Assembly (NCBI GenBank): GCA_963667015.2
Contig: CAXXJJ010000004.1
Coordinates: forward strand, 960,001 to 1,024,000
Source of the DNA: Desulfatiglandales bacterium
GTDB lineage: Bacteria; Desulfobacterota; DSM-4660; Desulfatiglandales; HGW-15
Direction of reading: 5' to 3'
Length of the DNA: 64,000 nucleotides
Each line of letters begins with the position of its first letter. Positions within the stretch are counted from its first letter, which is position 1. This document shows positions 10,199-19,712 of the stretch, one piece after another. Under the pieces are notes generated by a model. The model searched no databases and was not told the origin of the DNA. It saw only the letters and a program-made list of their open reading frames with translations. Position numbers and translations under genes: made by a program.

Positions 10199-11776
10199 TT
10201 AATCCCCTTTTTCAATTGAAGGCATAGTCATAAAATCCGGCACATTAACCTGTTCCTTTAATGCGGATGATGTTTCGCTGAATGATGCGGAACGCGCTCT
10301 TCCTTCTTCGAGCCATTTTCTTAAACGACTGATATTATCCTTCTGACTTATGCTTATGGGCACGACCTCTTCTCTTGTTTTCAGTACATGCAGAATATCT
10401 TCGGTAGTAAACTCCCGTTTGTTATCATTAAAGGCTCTGACCATGGCGGCAATAACCGCCTGCTCAATCTCTGCGCCTACATATCCCTCACTTTCAAGGG
10501 CAAGCCGGTCAACGTCATAATGATCTATCATCGGCCTTTTCTTAAGCAGATGTACCTGAAAGATCTCTTTTCTCTCTTTGAAGGTAGGAAGATCAAGAAA
10601 GAATATTGCATCAAATCTGCCTGCCCTGGAAAACTCAGGTGGAATCCTGGAGATATTATTGGCTGTACATACAACAAACACCGGCTTCTTTTTTTCAACC
10701 ATCCATGAAAGCAGTGTACCGAACACCCTTGAGCTTGTTCCCGAATCACCGCCCGAGTCAGCCAGGCCCTTTTCAACTTCATCTATCCAGAGCACACATG
10801 GACTTACAGTCTCTGCCAGTTTAAGAGCCTTTCTGATATTTTCCTCGCTTTGCCCTACAAGGCTTCCATATACAGCTCCCATATCGAGCCGTATAAGAGG
10901 CTGCTGCCACAGGCCCGATACAACCTTGGCCGTGAGGCTTTTTCCGGTTCCCGGCACACCTATTAAAAGCAGCCCTTTCGGGGGAGTAATGCCATAGTCA
11001 AAAGCGCTGGTTGAAAAGCAGTTGGCCCTTGATCTCAGCCACTCCTTAAGCACATCAAGCCCGCCCACCTGGTTTATGGTTTCTGTTGACGAATAAAACT
11101 CAAGGGCGCCGCTTTCTCTTATAATAGCCTTTTTTTCATAGGTAACCTGATCGATATCCTGTTCATCCAGCCCGCCTTTTTTAACAATGGCTTTTGCAAA
11201 TACCCGTTGTGCCTGGTTGGCAGTAAGACCAAGAGCACTTCGTATAAGACGGTCTTTTCCAAGGTCGGTAAGATTTAATTTTATATTGGGGATATTTGTA
11301 AACCCGTCAAGAATCTGTTTAATCCCGTTATAATCAGGAGGCATATAATCAATGGTATAAACCTGGTCTATCAGTTCATCAGGAACCCTGGCAACATGAG
11401 ATGTGACAATAATATTTTTTCGGGTCTGCTTCAGATTCTGAGCCAGGTTTTTCATTTTGCGTGTTATCTGATGGTTCTTGTGCCATAACCCGTGAAAATC
11501 CTTAAGCACAAAAACAGCATCCTGATCTATTTTAAGGATCATGTCCAGGGCGCTTAAAGGATCTTTGGCAGGGCGATCCACCTTGCCTGCAGATTCTGTA
11601 AGAGGTACAAAGCTGTCAGCAACGTCCCATGAATATGCGGGTTTTTCGATATTTTCACATGCCCCTGCAATCTCTTTGAGTACACGTTCTTCTTCGGATG
11701 TAACAACATAAATCAGCGTAAACCTGGCCTTAAAGTACAGTATAAGCTCCTGCTGAAAATGAGTAAGCTCCTGCAT
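10199..11776 (-). CDS. Ycf46-like AAA+ ATPase
   Basis: Degenerate N-terminal domain (FVLKDFH), VGGLDVLKEWL, GVPGTGKS, WIDEVEK, RAGRFD. Confidence 0.9.
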   Translation of the reverse strand: MQELTHFQQELILYFKARFTLIYVVTSEEERVLKEIAGACENIEKPAYSWDVADSFVPLTESAGKVDRPAKDPLSALDMILKIDQDAVFVLKDFHGLWHKNHQITRKMKNLAQNLKQTRKNIIVTSHVARVPDELIDQVYTIDYMPPDYNGIKQILDGFTNIPNIKLNLTDLGKDRLIRSALGLTANQAQRVFAKAIVKKGGLDEQDIDQVTYEKKAIIRESGALEFYSSTETINQVGGLDVLKEWLRSRANCFSTSAFDYGITPPKGLLLIGVPGTGKSLTAKVVSGLWQQPLIRLDMGAVYGSLVGQSEENIRKALKLAETVSPCVLWIDEVEKGLADSGGDSGTSSRVFGTLLSWMVEKKKPVFVVCTANNISRIPPEFSRAGRFDAIFFLDLPTFKERKEIFQVHLLKKRPMIDHYDVDRLALESEGYVGAEIEQAVIAAMVRAFNDNKREFTTEDILHVLKTREEVVPISISQKDNISRLRKWLEEGRARSASFSETSSALKEQVNVPDFMTMPSIEKGD

Positions 11777-11796
11777 GGTATCTCCTTTTTGATTTT

Positions 11797-12183
11797 CTAG
11801 TAAACCGCTCTCCGAAGGGTCATATGGATTGTATTATCCTCTTCGTTTTCTTCTTCCACCAGTTCGAACCCCTGTTCCTCCATGCGCTCCTTAACCGCGT
11901 GATATGCATATTTCTGCTGAACCTGTTTAAGGAAAGACTCAGGCTTGATGTCTTTAATACCATACCAGTCACCCACAAGGATATATGCATCTTCTTCCTT
12001 TTTAAAACCCAGGTCATATCCTTTGTTTCTGGTGGGGATCATAATATCCACTTCTGTTTTCTGCCCGTCATAACCTCTTATCTGTACCTTACCTTCTTCA
12101 ACCTCATAGCCAAGGTCCTGCAATGCCTTAATAAGGTGTTCCTTTTTTATCAGGCGTGTTTTTATCTTTGTAAAATGAGACAT
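11797..12183 (-). CDS. DUF1257 (Ycf35-like) protein
   Basis: MSHFTKIKT...LIKALQDLG...RGYDGQ...YDLGF...QKYAY; AGGAG RBS upstream of ATG 12183. Confidence 0.85.
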   Translation of the reverse strand: MSHFTKIKTRLIKKEHLIKALQDLGYEVEEGKVQIRGYDGQKTEVDIMIPTRNKGYDLGFKKEEDAYILVGDWYGIKDIKPESFLKQVQQKYAYHAVKERMEEQGFELVEEENEEDNTIHMTLRRAVY

Positions 12184-12305
12184 TCTTAATCTCCTATATT
12201 TAGATTCAGCTTCACCAGTACTATGCAATGCTAATATGAGGTAATGCAACTATATTTTATCAGGTATCATTCCCCGATTTAATCGTAGACTCCAGTAAAA
12301 AATAT

Positions 12306-12426
12306 TCTCTCGCCCGTTCCCAGTGGTCACTAGAGGGCACAGAGAAAAGCTTTTTATAATTTTTAAAACAGAAAATAGTTTTTGTCTTTTGTTATTCTCT
12401 GAGTTCTCTGTGGGCTCTGCGAGAGA
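12306..12426. repeat. CACAGAG/CGCAGAG-rich MITE-like element, copy 2 (inverted relative to copy 1)
   Basis: Reverse complement shares TCTCGCAGAGCCC.CAGAGA, AAAAGCTTTTCTCTGTG, CTCTAGTGA and GAACG.GCGAGAGA with 7201-7313. Confidence 0.7.
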
Positions 12427-12450
12427 CATTTTTAGGCTTTTGTTTTTCTT

Positions 12451-14325
12451 CTACTCAAACTCAATCTCAACATCCATGTCACCTGCATCATAAGCTGCAT
12501 CTTCACTCCACGTACTGTCTGTGCCAAGATACTCACCCAGTATCAGCAAATACTCCTTTTCAGCCTCAGGTATAAATCTCTTAGTCAAATTAAAAAAATT
12601 GTCCGGACCATCCGGTTTGTTTTTAGAATCACTCTTTATAGCTTTAAGCTCTTCAAGCCCCTGAGGTCCAAGATTCACCAGCCTTCCTGAATTGGGCATA
12701 TTAAGTAATGCCTGCACCCAGTACACATGGTCCTGTTCCAGAAAAACCCTGTTAGGAGGGCTCAGGCTCCCCGGTTTTAAAAGCTCCGCACCTGCCGCTG
12801 CCATGCGAACCTGCCAGTATGGATCAGAACATGCATTGTTAACAGCATCAGGCAGTTGATTATATCCTCTTTCTGCCAGTGTAATAAGTGCAGCACTGCG
12901 CTTCCGGAAATCTTCTTCATCTTCAAGCCAGGATATAAGCATTTCTTCATCATCCGGCATTGCCTGATTTCCCATAAACATAGCCCTGAAATCCCTTAAA
13001 ATAGACATGGCAAAGGATGATGGTAAATCCTGATTTGCTTCTTTTTCAGAGATAACCGCTTCCAGCCGTTCCTGAAGCTCTCTTCCTATGGTATCAGGAT
13101 TTTCCCAGCCTGACTGTTTTATGCCGGAAATAATGCGTTTACCCTGAGCACAGGTTGCCTGGGGCAGCAAATTAAAAATTTCGGAATATTCTTTATTTTT
13201 TAACAGGACTTCAAACTGAATATCTATATCTTTTTCACAAGGGATATCTTTTCTGCCTCCCCTGTTGGTTTTAAATACAGCCAGCAGCCGTTTGTCACCG
13301 CTTTTTCTTATCCTGGACCCAATTTCCTCTTTAAGCTCATCTGATCCATTTTCATACCAGTGCCTGAGATAAGACTGCTCAAAATCAATATCATTGTAGG
13401 CTTCAAGATCATTTGCCAGGAAATAAGAAATGGCTCTTTCTGAGGGATCATCAGGCTGCCGGTTCATTTTGGTAAGGAAATTAGCCGCCTTTGATTCGGG
13501 GTTTTCGTTTGCAGACTGATTCGCAGCATTGCCATTCAAGAGTGTAAGCGTATTATATTCGGCAATTGTCATTGCCAAACGAAACCCTATAATAAGGTCC
13601 GGTCCTCCGGACTGCGGAGGCTCCGGCAGCCGCCGCGGAAGTCTCCTGGGGTAATTAATACTCCAGGAACCGCCCCGCAGAACACGGCAACTCGATTCAC
13701 CGGGAGGTTTAAAATCTCCATCTGCATATCTTCTGTATGCATCACTTTCGTAGTTATCTTCACACCACTCCCATAGGCATCCACTCTGCTGAAAGGTACC
13801 CATGGGACTTGCATCTTCGGGATATTCATATACCGGAGCTGTATATCCAGTTGGACCTCTCAGATTATCAAAGCCAAACCTGTGGCCATTTTCCCAGTCA
13901 TTACCCCATGGGTACAGTAACTCATCATAACCCCTTGCGCATAATTCCCATTCTGCCTCTATAGGCAGTCTTAACCCGGCCCATTCACAATATGCCCTTG
14001 CATCATGCCAGTTGACATGTCTTACCGGGCGGTCAGATGGACCTTTATTATATCTTCCCCAATTAATATCATATTTGTCTCCGGCACCCGGATAATCACT
14101 ACCATTATATCCTGTTTCTTCTACAAATCGTATAAACTGCTTTACTGTAACACATGTTATGCCTATGTAATATGGATCAAGCCAATGAAGATGACGGGGT
14201 TTTTCGTTATCTTCTGCTTGGGAATCAACATCATCCGATCCCATCCAGAACCACCCGCCAGGCACCAGAACCATTTCTGTTCCGTCTTTTGGGTTTATGT
14301 AATACCATGGAATTTTGTTTGGCAT
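12451..14325 (-). CDS. FGE-sulfatase (SUMF1/CLec-fold) domain fused to a helical HEAT-like C-terminal region
   Basis: MVLVPGGWFWMGS, EKPRH, PVRHVNWHDARAYCEW, RLPIEAEWE, YPWG, WEWC, RVLRGGSW, GFRLA; C-terminal DPYWQVRMAAA HEAT-like motif. Confidence 0.85.
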   Translation of the reverse strand: MPNKIPWYYINPKDGTEMVLVPGGWFWMGSDDVDSQAEDNEKPRHLHWLDPYYIGITCVTVKQFIRFVEETGYNGSDYPGAGDKYDINWGRYNKGPSDRPVRHVNWHDARAYCEWAGLRLPIEAEWELCARGYDELLYPWGNDWENGHRFGFDNLRGPTGYTAPVYEYPEDASPMGTFQQSGCLWEWCEDNYESDAYRRYADGDFKPPGESSCRVLRGGSWSINYPRRLPRRLPEPPQSGGPDLIIGFRLAMTIAEYNTLTLLNGNAANQSANENPESKAANFLTKMNRQPDDPSERAISYFLANDLEAYNDIDFEQSYLRHWYENGSDELKEEIGSRIRKSGDKRLLAVFKTNRGGRKDIPCEKDIDIQFEVLLKNKEYSEIFNLLPQATCAQGKRIISGIKQSGWENPDTIGRELQERLEAVISEKEANQDLPSSFAMSILRDFRAMFMGNQAMPDDEEMLISWLEDEEDFRKRSAALITLAERGYNQLPDAVNNACSDPYWQVRMAAAGAELLKPGSLSPPNRVFLEQDHVYWVQALLNMPNSGRLVNLGPQGLEELKAIKSDSKNKPDGPDNFFNLTKRFIPEAEKEYLLILGEYLGTDSTWSEDAAYDAGDMDVEIEFE

Positions 14326-14551
14326 AATATATAATTCAAAGGTTTAAGTTCTCTATTATTCCTATATGTCAAAAAAGACAAAAGCTTACTCTTGATAAGG
14401 CATCGTTTTATTGTTGTCAATATTTTCATGAAATAGGCAGGAAGAGTCAGCAGCATCCCACCTGATCCATTTCTCCGTCAATACTCAAATCATATTATCT
14501 GCATGCTTAATATTTCTTGACAAAGGAACTTTTTTCCTAATATTTGATAAT

Positions 14552-15772
14552 ATGACAAATAAAAATAAAATCGAGTTCGGTTTAAATGAGGCTCTAAATC
14601 TTACCCTCAATAACCTTTATCTTCTTGAATCCGAATCTGTTGAACTTACAGAGGCAATTGATCGAGTGCCTTCTTCGGATATATTCAGCATTGTGGATTC
14701 ACCGTCTGTAGCAGCATCATTAAAAGACGGGTACGCAGTCCTGGCCTCCGATATCAGCCACGCTTCGGTATCAGAACCTGTAAAACTTAAACTGGCAGGT
14801 TACCGTGCAGCAGGCTCAATGGAAAAAGTTACTGTAACCTCCGGCCATACAGTAAGGGTTATGACCGGCGCTGCGGTTCCCCCGGGCGCAGATGCAGTGG
14901 TCAGCGAGGAATTCACAAAGGATGAAGGGGAGACTGTCAGCATTTTCAATTACGCTGAAAAGGGCCGCAATATCCTTGGCCGAGGCACTGATGTTTACAC
15001 AGGTCAATGTGTTGCAAAGAAAGGAATGCCTCTTTCACCGGGCGATGTAGGTCAGATTGCTGCAGGCGGACATGCAAAAGTTTCTGCAGTGCGTAATCCT
15101 GTGGTGGCTCTTATTTCCACCGGAGATGAGGTTATTGCACCCGGGCATCCCATGTCAGAGGGAAAGGTTTATGCAAGTAACATGGCAACACTTGCTGCAT
15201 GGTGCCGCAGGTATGGAATGAAGACTCATTCAATAGTTGTAAATGATGATGCAAAAGAAATAACAGCCGCGCTTGAATCATTTTTTAAAATTTCCGATGT
15301 AATAATCACAAGCGGCGGGGCCTGGACCGGAGATCGTGATATGATCTACAAAATCCTCGGGCAGCTTGGCTGGGAATTTATTTTTAACAGAATACGAATG
15401 GGGCCCGGCAAGGCAGTTGGGCTTGGTATGAGAGAGAACAAACCGGCGTTTGTTTTGCCGGGAGGGCCGCCTTCAAACCTGACAGGGTTTCTTCAAATAG
15501 CCCTTCCCGGTCTTATGAAAATGGCAGGTTACAGCAATCCCGGGCTTCCTCTCCGCATGGTAAGGCTAGCATCGAATATCAGGGTTAGAAGTATGGACTG
15601 GACACAGTTTATATACGGCACATTGCAGGCCAGGGATGGAGAATTGATATTCCACAGCCTGGATAATGATAGCCGCCTGCAGTCAATGGCTATGGCTCAA
15701 TGTGTGGTAAGTGTACCGGAGGGTATCGATTTTTATAATGCCGATACCCTGGTTATGGCTCAGATGTTGTAA
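14552..15772 (+). CDS. moeA: Molybdopterin molybdotransferase (metal insertase)
   Basis: SLKDGYAV, VMTGAAVPPGADAVV, STGDEV, ITSGG; LPGGP variant of LPGNP. Confidence 0.9.
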   Translation: MTNKNKIEFGLNEALNLTLNNLYLLESESVELTEAIDRVPSSDIFSIVDSPSVAASLKDGYAVLASDISHASVSEPVKLKLAGYRAAGSMEKVTVTSGHTVRVMTGAAVPPGADAVVSEEFTKDEGETVSIFNYAEKGRNILGRGTDVYTGQCVAKKGMPLSPGDVGQIAAGGHAKVSAVRNPVVALISTGDEVIAPGHPMSEGKVYASNMATLAAWCRRYGMKTHSIVVNDDAKEITAALESFFKISDVIITSGGAWTGDRDMIYKILGQLGWEFIFNRIRMGPGKAVGLGMRENKPAFVLPGGPPSNLTGFLQIALPGLMKMAGYSNPGLPLRMVRLASNIRVRSMDWTQFIYGTLQARDGELIFHSLDNDSRLQSMAMAQCVVSVPEGIDFYNADTLVMAQML

Positions 15773-15782
15773 AACTGATTCC

Positions 15783-16562
15783 TCAACCGGAAACCATCTT
15801 CAGTGGAGTATTTAGCATGAACCTGTCCATAATATAATGATCAAGATATCTAAAACTGTTTTTCACCATGTTAATATTTCTAACTTCGATGATAATCTTA
15901 ATAACCTTTGAAAGATCAAGCAGATCCAGGGCATGCTCCCAGTCAAGTGTACCGCTTTCCAATCCAAAATGGTCATCCTTTGTTCCGCAGTTATTGGATG
16001 CATGAATATATACAACCCTGTTTTTAACATTCCGGATAAAATCATCCATCTCACATCCAAGAAGTCTTTTCCCGCTGCTGTTATTAAGGTGGCCTATATC
16101 CAGGACATATCCAAGATCATTAAAACTCTCCAGCACATCATAGGTATCATGTGCAGTAAAATGAGAATCGGACTCATACATCATCATGATATTTAAATCC
16201 GCAGCATAATTAATCACGTCTTCAAGCCTTTTCTTATTTTCAAGAGTAAGCATTTCACAATTCAGATGAAAAACAAACTGCTCAATACCAAGTATAGAAC
16301 ACATGTCGAGCTCTGCAGTCAATACTGCGAGATCAGCATTTGTGAAGCTGGCATTGGAATGGAAAAGCCCTCTGGTTCCGGAGTGGATGCTTAAGTCATA
16401 CCCGCGGATATAACGTTTCATTTTTTCCAAAAAATACAAATCAAAATAGAGCTTGGAATTACGCCTGTTGATTTCAACAGTCTTATACCCGAGAGAGTTT
16501 AAATATTTATACCACTTTGATTCATGAATAATCTGTGTTGTAATTCCTATTTTCGGTATCAT
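15783..16562 (-). CDS. Sugar phosphate isomerase/epimerase (AP endonuclease 2 TIM barrel) family protein
   Basis: SIH, VFH, LDIGH, YIHASNN.G..DDHFGL..GTLDW, IIE. Confidence 0.7.
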   Translation of the reverse strand: MIPKIGITTQIIHESKWYKYLNSLGYKTVEINRRNSKLYFDLYFLEKMKRYIRGYDLSIHSGTRGLFHSNASFTNADLAVLTAELDMCSILGIEQFVFHLNCEMLTLENKKRLEDVINYAADLNIMMMYESDSHFTAHDTYDVLESFNDLGYVLDIGHLNNSSGKRLLGCEMDDFIRNVKNRVVYIHASNNCGTKDDHFGLESGTLDWEHALDLLDLSKVIKIIIEVRNINMVKNSFRYLDHYIMDRFMLNTPLKMVSG

Positions 16563-16665
16563 TTTTTTATCGTTTAAAAATTATCTTTTTTCTTAGAAAA
16601 GAGGAGTCAATGCCATAAATCCTGCATATGAATCCTCTCTTCATAAATTTAAAAGCTATTAACGA

Positions 16666-18801
16666 TTATGCAGCGCCGAGTTTATTATTCTTTTTCAGTA
16701 TACTGGCAACATTTTTCATTCCGAGCTTTTCAAGGGTCTTTTGTGTCGGGTATCCGCTATCCTGATCCCAGCCTTCCAACTTGTAATAATGAGTCTTCCA
16801 GGTTTCTACACCTTCTTCGCTCAAATACATTTTGCCTACGTTTTCGAATGACCAGGTTTTACCGTTATACACGGGCAAAGTGTTGGTAAAGCTTGCACCG
16901 GAGGCCCCGGGCTTGTACATGTATCCTGCGAATTTTTCATTCTTTTTATGTCTTCCCTGCAAAGCGTAAATGGCTCTTTTTAAATTCCATGCTTTACGCC
17001 CGATTTCCATGCCTTCTAAAAAAGTCTGGTTTTTTCCGGTAACTGCATTAAACAAACGCGGTTCTCCGAAAGGAGTACCTTTATCGCCCATACCCGTCGG
17101 TTTCGCCCAGTTCCAGTCGCAGAACATTAGTGATTCCTTATAATAGGTATGATAATGCATGCGCCATGCTACAAGCTTTGCCTTATGGTCAGAATAAATT
17201 CCTGTTTTATAAGCCTGATCATTGTCCCAGCTGTAATCAAACATATATGGGTCATCGTCATAAGGAACAAATGCCTTGGTTAAGTTATTGACAAATTCTT
17301 CAGGATTTTGATTCTGCTGCTTTCTGCCGCCTCCAAAAGCGCCGCCGCCCATACCGAGCGTCATAAATACCATCTGAAGCACATGATCGCAAATATCCCT
17401 TGAATCGACCAGATCACCGTAGCCCCATGTAACTTCAGCCATCGACCAGTGATCGGTGTGGCCCCATGTAGGACAGCGTAATATTCCGTTTAAATCATCG
17501 ATTCTTCCGATCTTTTCAGCGAAACGTACACCACCGTCAGCAATAAGGTCACCGAAACCTTCGCGGGTTGAAATTATCTTTGCATACTTCTCTGCAAAGT
17601 CGTATGTGCCATAGGTATCCCATTGCAGCGGTGCTGTATCAACTGATACCTTTTTCCCGTTTACTGTTACATATTTGCCGGGGCCTATTACACCCATGTC
17701 ATACAAGCGCTTAATATAATATCCAAGACCTGATGCTTCCGGTGTCTCAAGCGGAAAATCAGTGCCTGAAGGACCGAATTCTAATCCACCGAAACAGGTG
17801 TCGAAACCGTTTAAACCGTATTGCTGAAGAAGAGGATTGGATTTCTTTGCTTCCTGTTCATTCTTCTTTGCGGGCTTGTGAATATCCGCCCATGTTGTTT
17901 CCATACATCCGTCCTGATCCCTGTCATCCGAACCTGCATCGCCTCTGGTGCGGCAGCCTCTTACGCAGCTTACACATGAACTTTTTGCCTTTTGAGGTCC
18001 TCCGAATCCGGCGAATCCGCCCGGTCCGCCCTGTCTGCCGCCAGACCCTGCATACCATTCTCTTGTTTCCAGCAATAATTTAGGATCCGCAACTTTAAAA
18101 CCGCCTGTTCCAATTACTGATATTGCCTTAAGTTTTTTGGAGCCGAATACCCCGCCAAATCCGCCTACACCGGCAGCCGCGCCCCCTCCATGCTGTAATG
18201 ACGCTATCCTGCTTAAATTTTCACCTGCCTGACCAGTACATATAATAGCCGGTTTATTAAGAGTAAAGTCATCTCCTATTTCCCTCCAGTCTCTTTTACC
18301 GTCTCCTGAACTGCCGGTCTGCTGCCTGACAATCGCTTTCTGCGTGTCCCATGTATGAAGGCCCCAGAGTTTTGAGGCGTCTTCAAGTGTAACTTTATCA
18401 TTTATTATATTAATATAAACGGGCTTATCGGATCTTCCCTGAACCACAATACCGTCCCAGCCTGCATATTTCAGCATCGTACCGAAATCGCCTCCGATAT
18501 TGCTTCTTGTAAACCAGTTAACCGGCCATCCCTGGGGTGATAAACCGGAAACACTGGTTCTTCCGGCATAGGGTATGCCTGATCCTGAAACCTGACCGTT
18601 CATAATACTTATTATATTTCTGGGATCATAGGCATCCTGAAGGTCCCAGTCTCCTGGTTTTACGCAAATATCCCAAAATAAGGCTATAGCGGTTCCATAG
18701 CCGCCTCCAAACTCTTCATATTTAGCTGTTTCTATTGATTCGATCCTTTTATTGGTAAGATCAACCTTTAATATTTTTCCTGCGAATCCTGGTGATGCCA
18801 T
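16666..18801 (-). CDS. Aldehyde:ferredoxin oxidoreductase family W/Mo enzyme (YdhV-like), copy 1
   Basis: GFAGKILKVDLT, SNIGGDFGTMLKYAGWDGIVV, GSKKLKAI, CxxCxxxC, YYKLEGWD..SGYP. Confidence 0.88.
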   Translation of the reverse strand: MASPGFAGKILKVDLTNKRIESIETAKYEEFGGGYGTAIALFWDICVKPGDWDLQDAYDPRNIISIMNGQVSGSGIPYAGRTSVSGLSPQGWPVNWFTRSNIGGDFGTMLKYAGWDGIVVQGRSDKPVYINIINDKVTLEDASKLWGLHTWDTQKAIVRQQTGSSGDGKRDWREIGDDFTLNKPAIICTGQAGENLSRIASLQHGGGAAAGVGGFGGVFGSKKLKAISVIGTGGFKVADPKLLLETREWYAGSGGRQGGPGGFAGFGGPQKAKSSCVSCVRGCRTRGDAGSDDRDQDGCMETTWADIHKPAKKNEQEAKKSNPLLQQYGLNGFDTCFGGLEFGPSGTDFPLETPEASGLGYYIKRLYDMGVIGPGKYVTVNGKKVSVDTAPLQWDTYGTYDFAEKYAKIISTREGFGDLIADGGVRFAEKIGRIDDLNGILRCPTWGHTDHWSMAEVTWGYGDLVDSRDICDHVLQMVFMTLGMGGGAFGGGRKQQNQNPEEFVNNLTKAFVPYDDDPYMFDYSWDNDQAYKTGIYSDHKAKLVAWRMHYHTYYKESLMFCDWNWAKPTGMGDKGTPFGEPRLFNAVTGKNQTFLEGMEIGRKAWNLKRAIYALQGRHKKNEKFAGYMYKPGASGASFTNTLPVYNGKTWSFENVGKMYLSEEGVETWKTHYYKLEGWDQDSGYPTQKTLEKLGMKNVASILKKNNKLGAA

Positions 18802-18894
18802 AAAGTTTCCTCCTGTCTGCTAATAATATATGTATTATCAATATTATTTATCTGAATAATTTTATTGTCTGACAATCAATTACCAATTGAACAC

Positions 18895-19506
18895 CTAACT
18901 GATAAACTTGAGAGCTTTCTGCGGGCATATAGAGACACAAGCCGGCTCGCTCTTATTATTATATGGAGCATTGGTACAGAGATCGCATTTTGTTGCTTTT
19001 TCATTTTCGGAATCCCAGACCGGGCGGCGTGGAGTATAAATACAGGATTCAAAGCATGTCTTACAGCCTATACATACATCTTTGTCTATTATCCTTACAT
19101 TACCATTTTTAGTATCGACATGACATGCCCCTGTAGGACAGTTCTCAACACATTTCGGATCATCGCATTGCTGGCAGGTGAAACCCATGATGTCATTCGG
19201 GAAATCATCAAACACATATCTGCTTATTTGTATTCTTGATGTTGACATGTTCACGATGCCTTCATGGGCAAGTGAGCAGGCAATCATACAACTCAAACAC
19301 CCTGAACAAAGTGTAGCGTCGTGTTCAACATGACCCTTTGCTTTCGGATACGCTTCAGAGGATGAAGTTTCAGCAGCCAGCAAATCTTTTGCATGATATG
19401 TGCCTACAATACCACCTGCTACTAATGTACCGCCTTTTACAAAAAACTCTCGTCTTGAAAATTGATCATCTCGAACACCTTTTTTCTTATCGTCTTTTTT
19501 GCCCAT
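18895..19506 (-). CDS. Tat-signal 4Fe-4S dicluster protein (YdhY/YdhX-like), copy 1
   Basis: SRREFF twin-arginine motif and four Cys clusters. Confidence 0.88.
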   Translation of the reverse strand: MGKKDDKKKGVRDDQFSRREFFVKGGTLVAGGIVGTYHAKDLLAAETSSSEAYPKAKGHVEHDATLCSGCLSCMIACSLAHEGIVNMSTSRIQISRYVFDDFPNDIMGFTCQQCDDPKCVENCPTGACHVDTKNGNVRIIDKDVCIGCKTCFESCIYTPRRPVWDSENEKATKCDLCTNAPYNNKSEPACVSICPQKALKFIS

Positions 19507-19620
19507 ATAAACATGACCTCCGGTTTTCTATTTAAAATCGATTAGTAATTGGAAATTGAACATTTTATTTTTTGTTACTTTCCCCATATAAATTATTCAT
19601 ACACTGAATGTACTTTTTAA

Positions 19621-19648
19621 GGCGGGAGCATTTGAGATGCTCCCGCCC
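19621..19648. terminator. Strong hairpin (probable terminator) after AOR copy 2
   Basis: GGCGGGAGCAT-TTGAG-ATGCTCCCGCC. Confidence 0.6.
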
Positions 19649-19712
19649 AACGTGAGAGTGGGGAGAGATGGAGGTCACCCTCCCCAAAAAAAGATGGTGC
19701 CGTGCATTGAAA

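Noticed and set aside
12451..14325. True formylglycine-generating enzyme, or a complete DGR in this window
   Set aside because: The catalytic Cys pair is not evident, and no template repeat, reverse transcriptase or avd gene was found by eye
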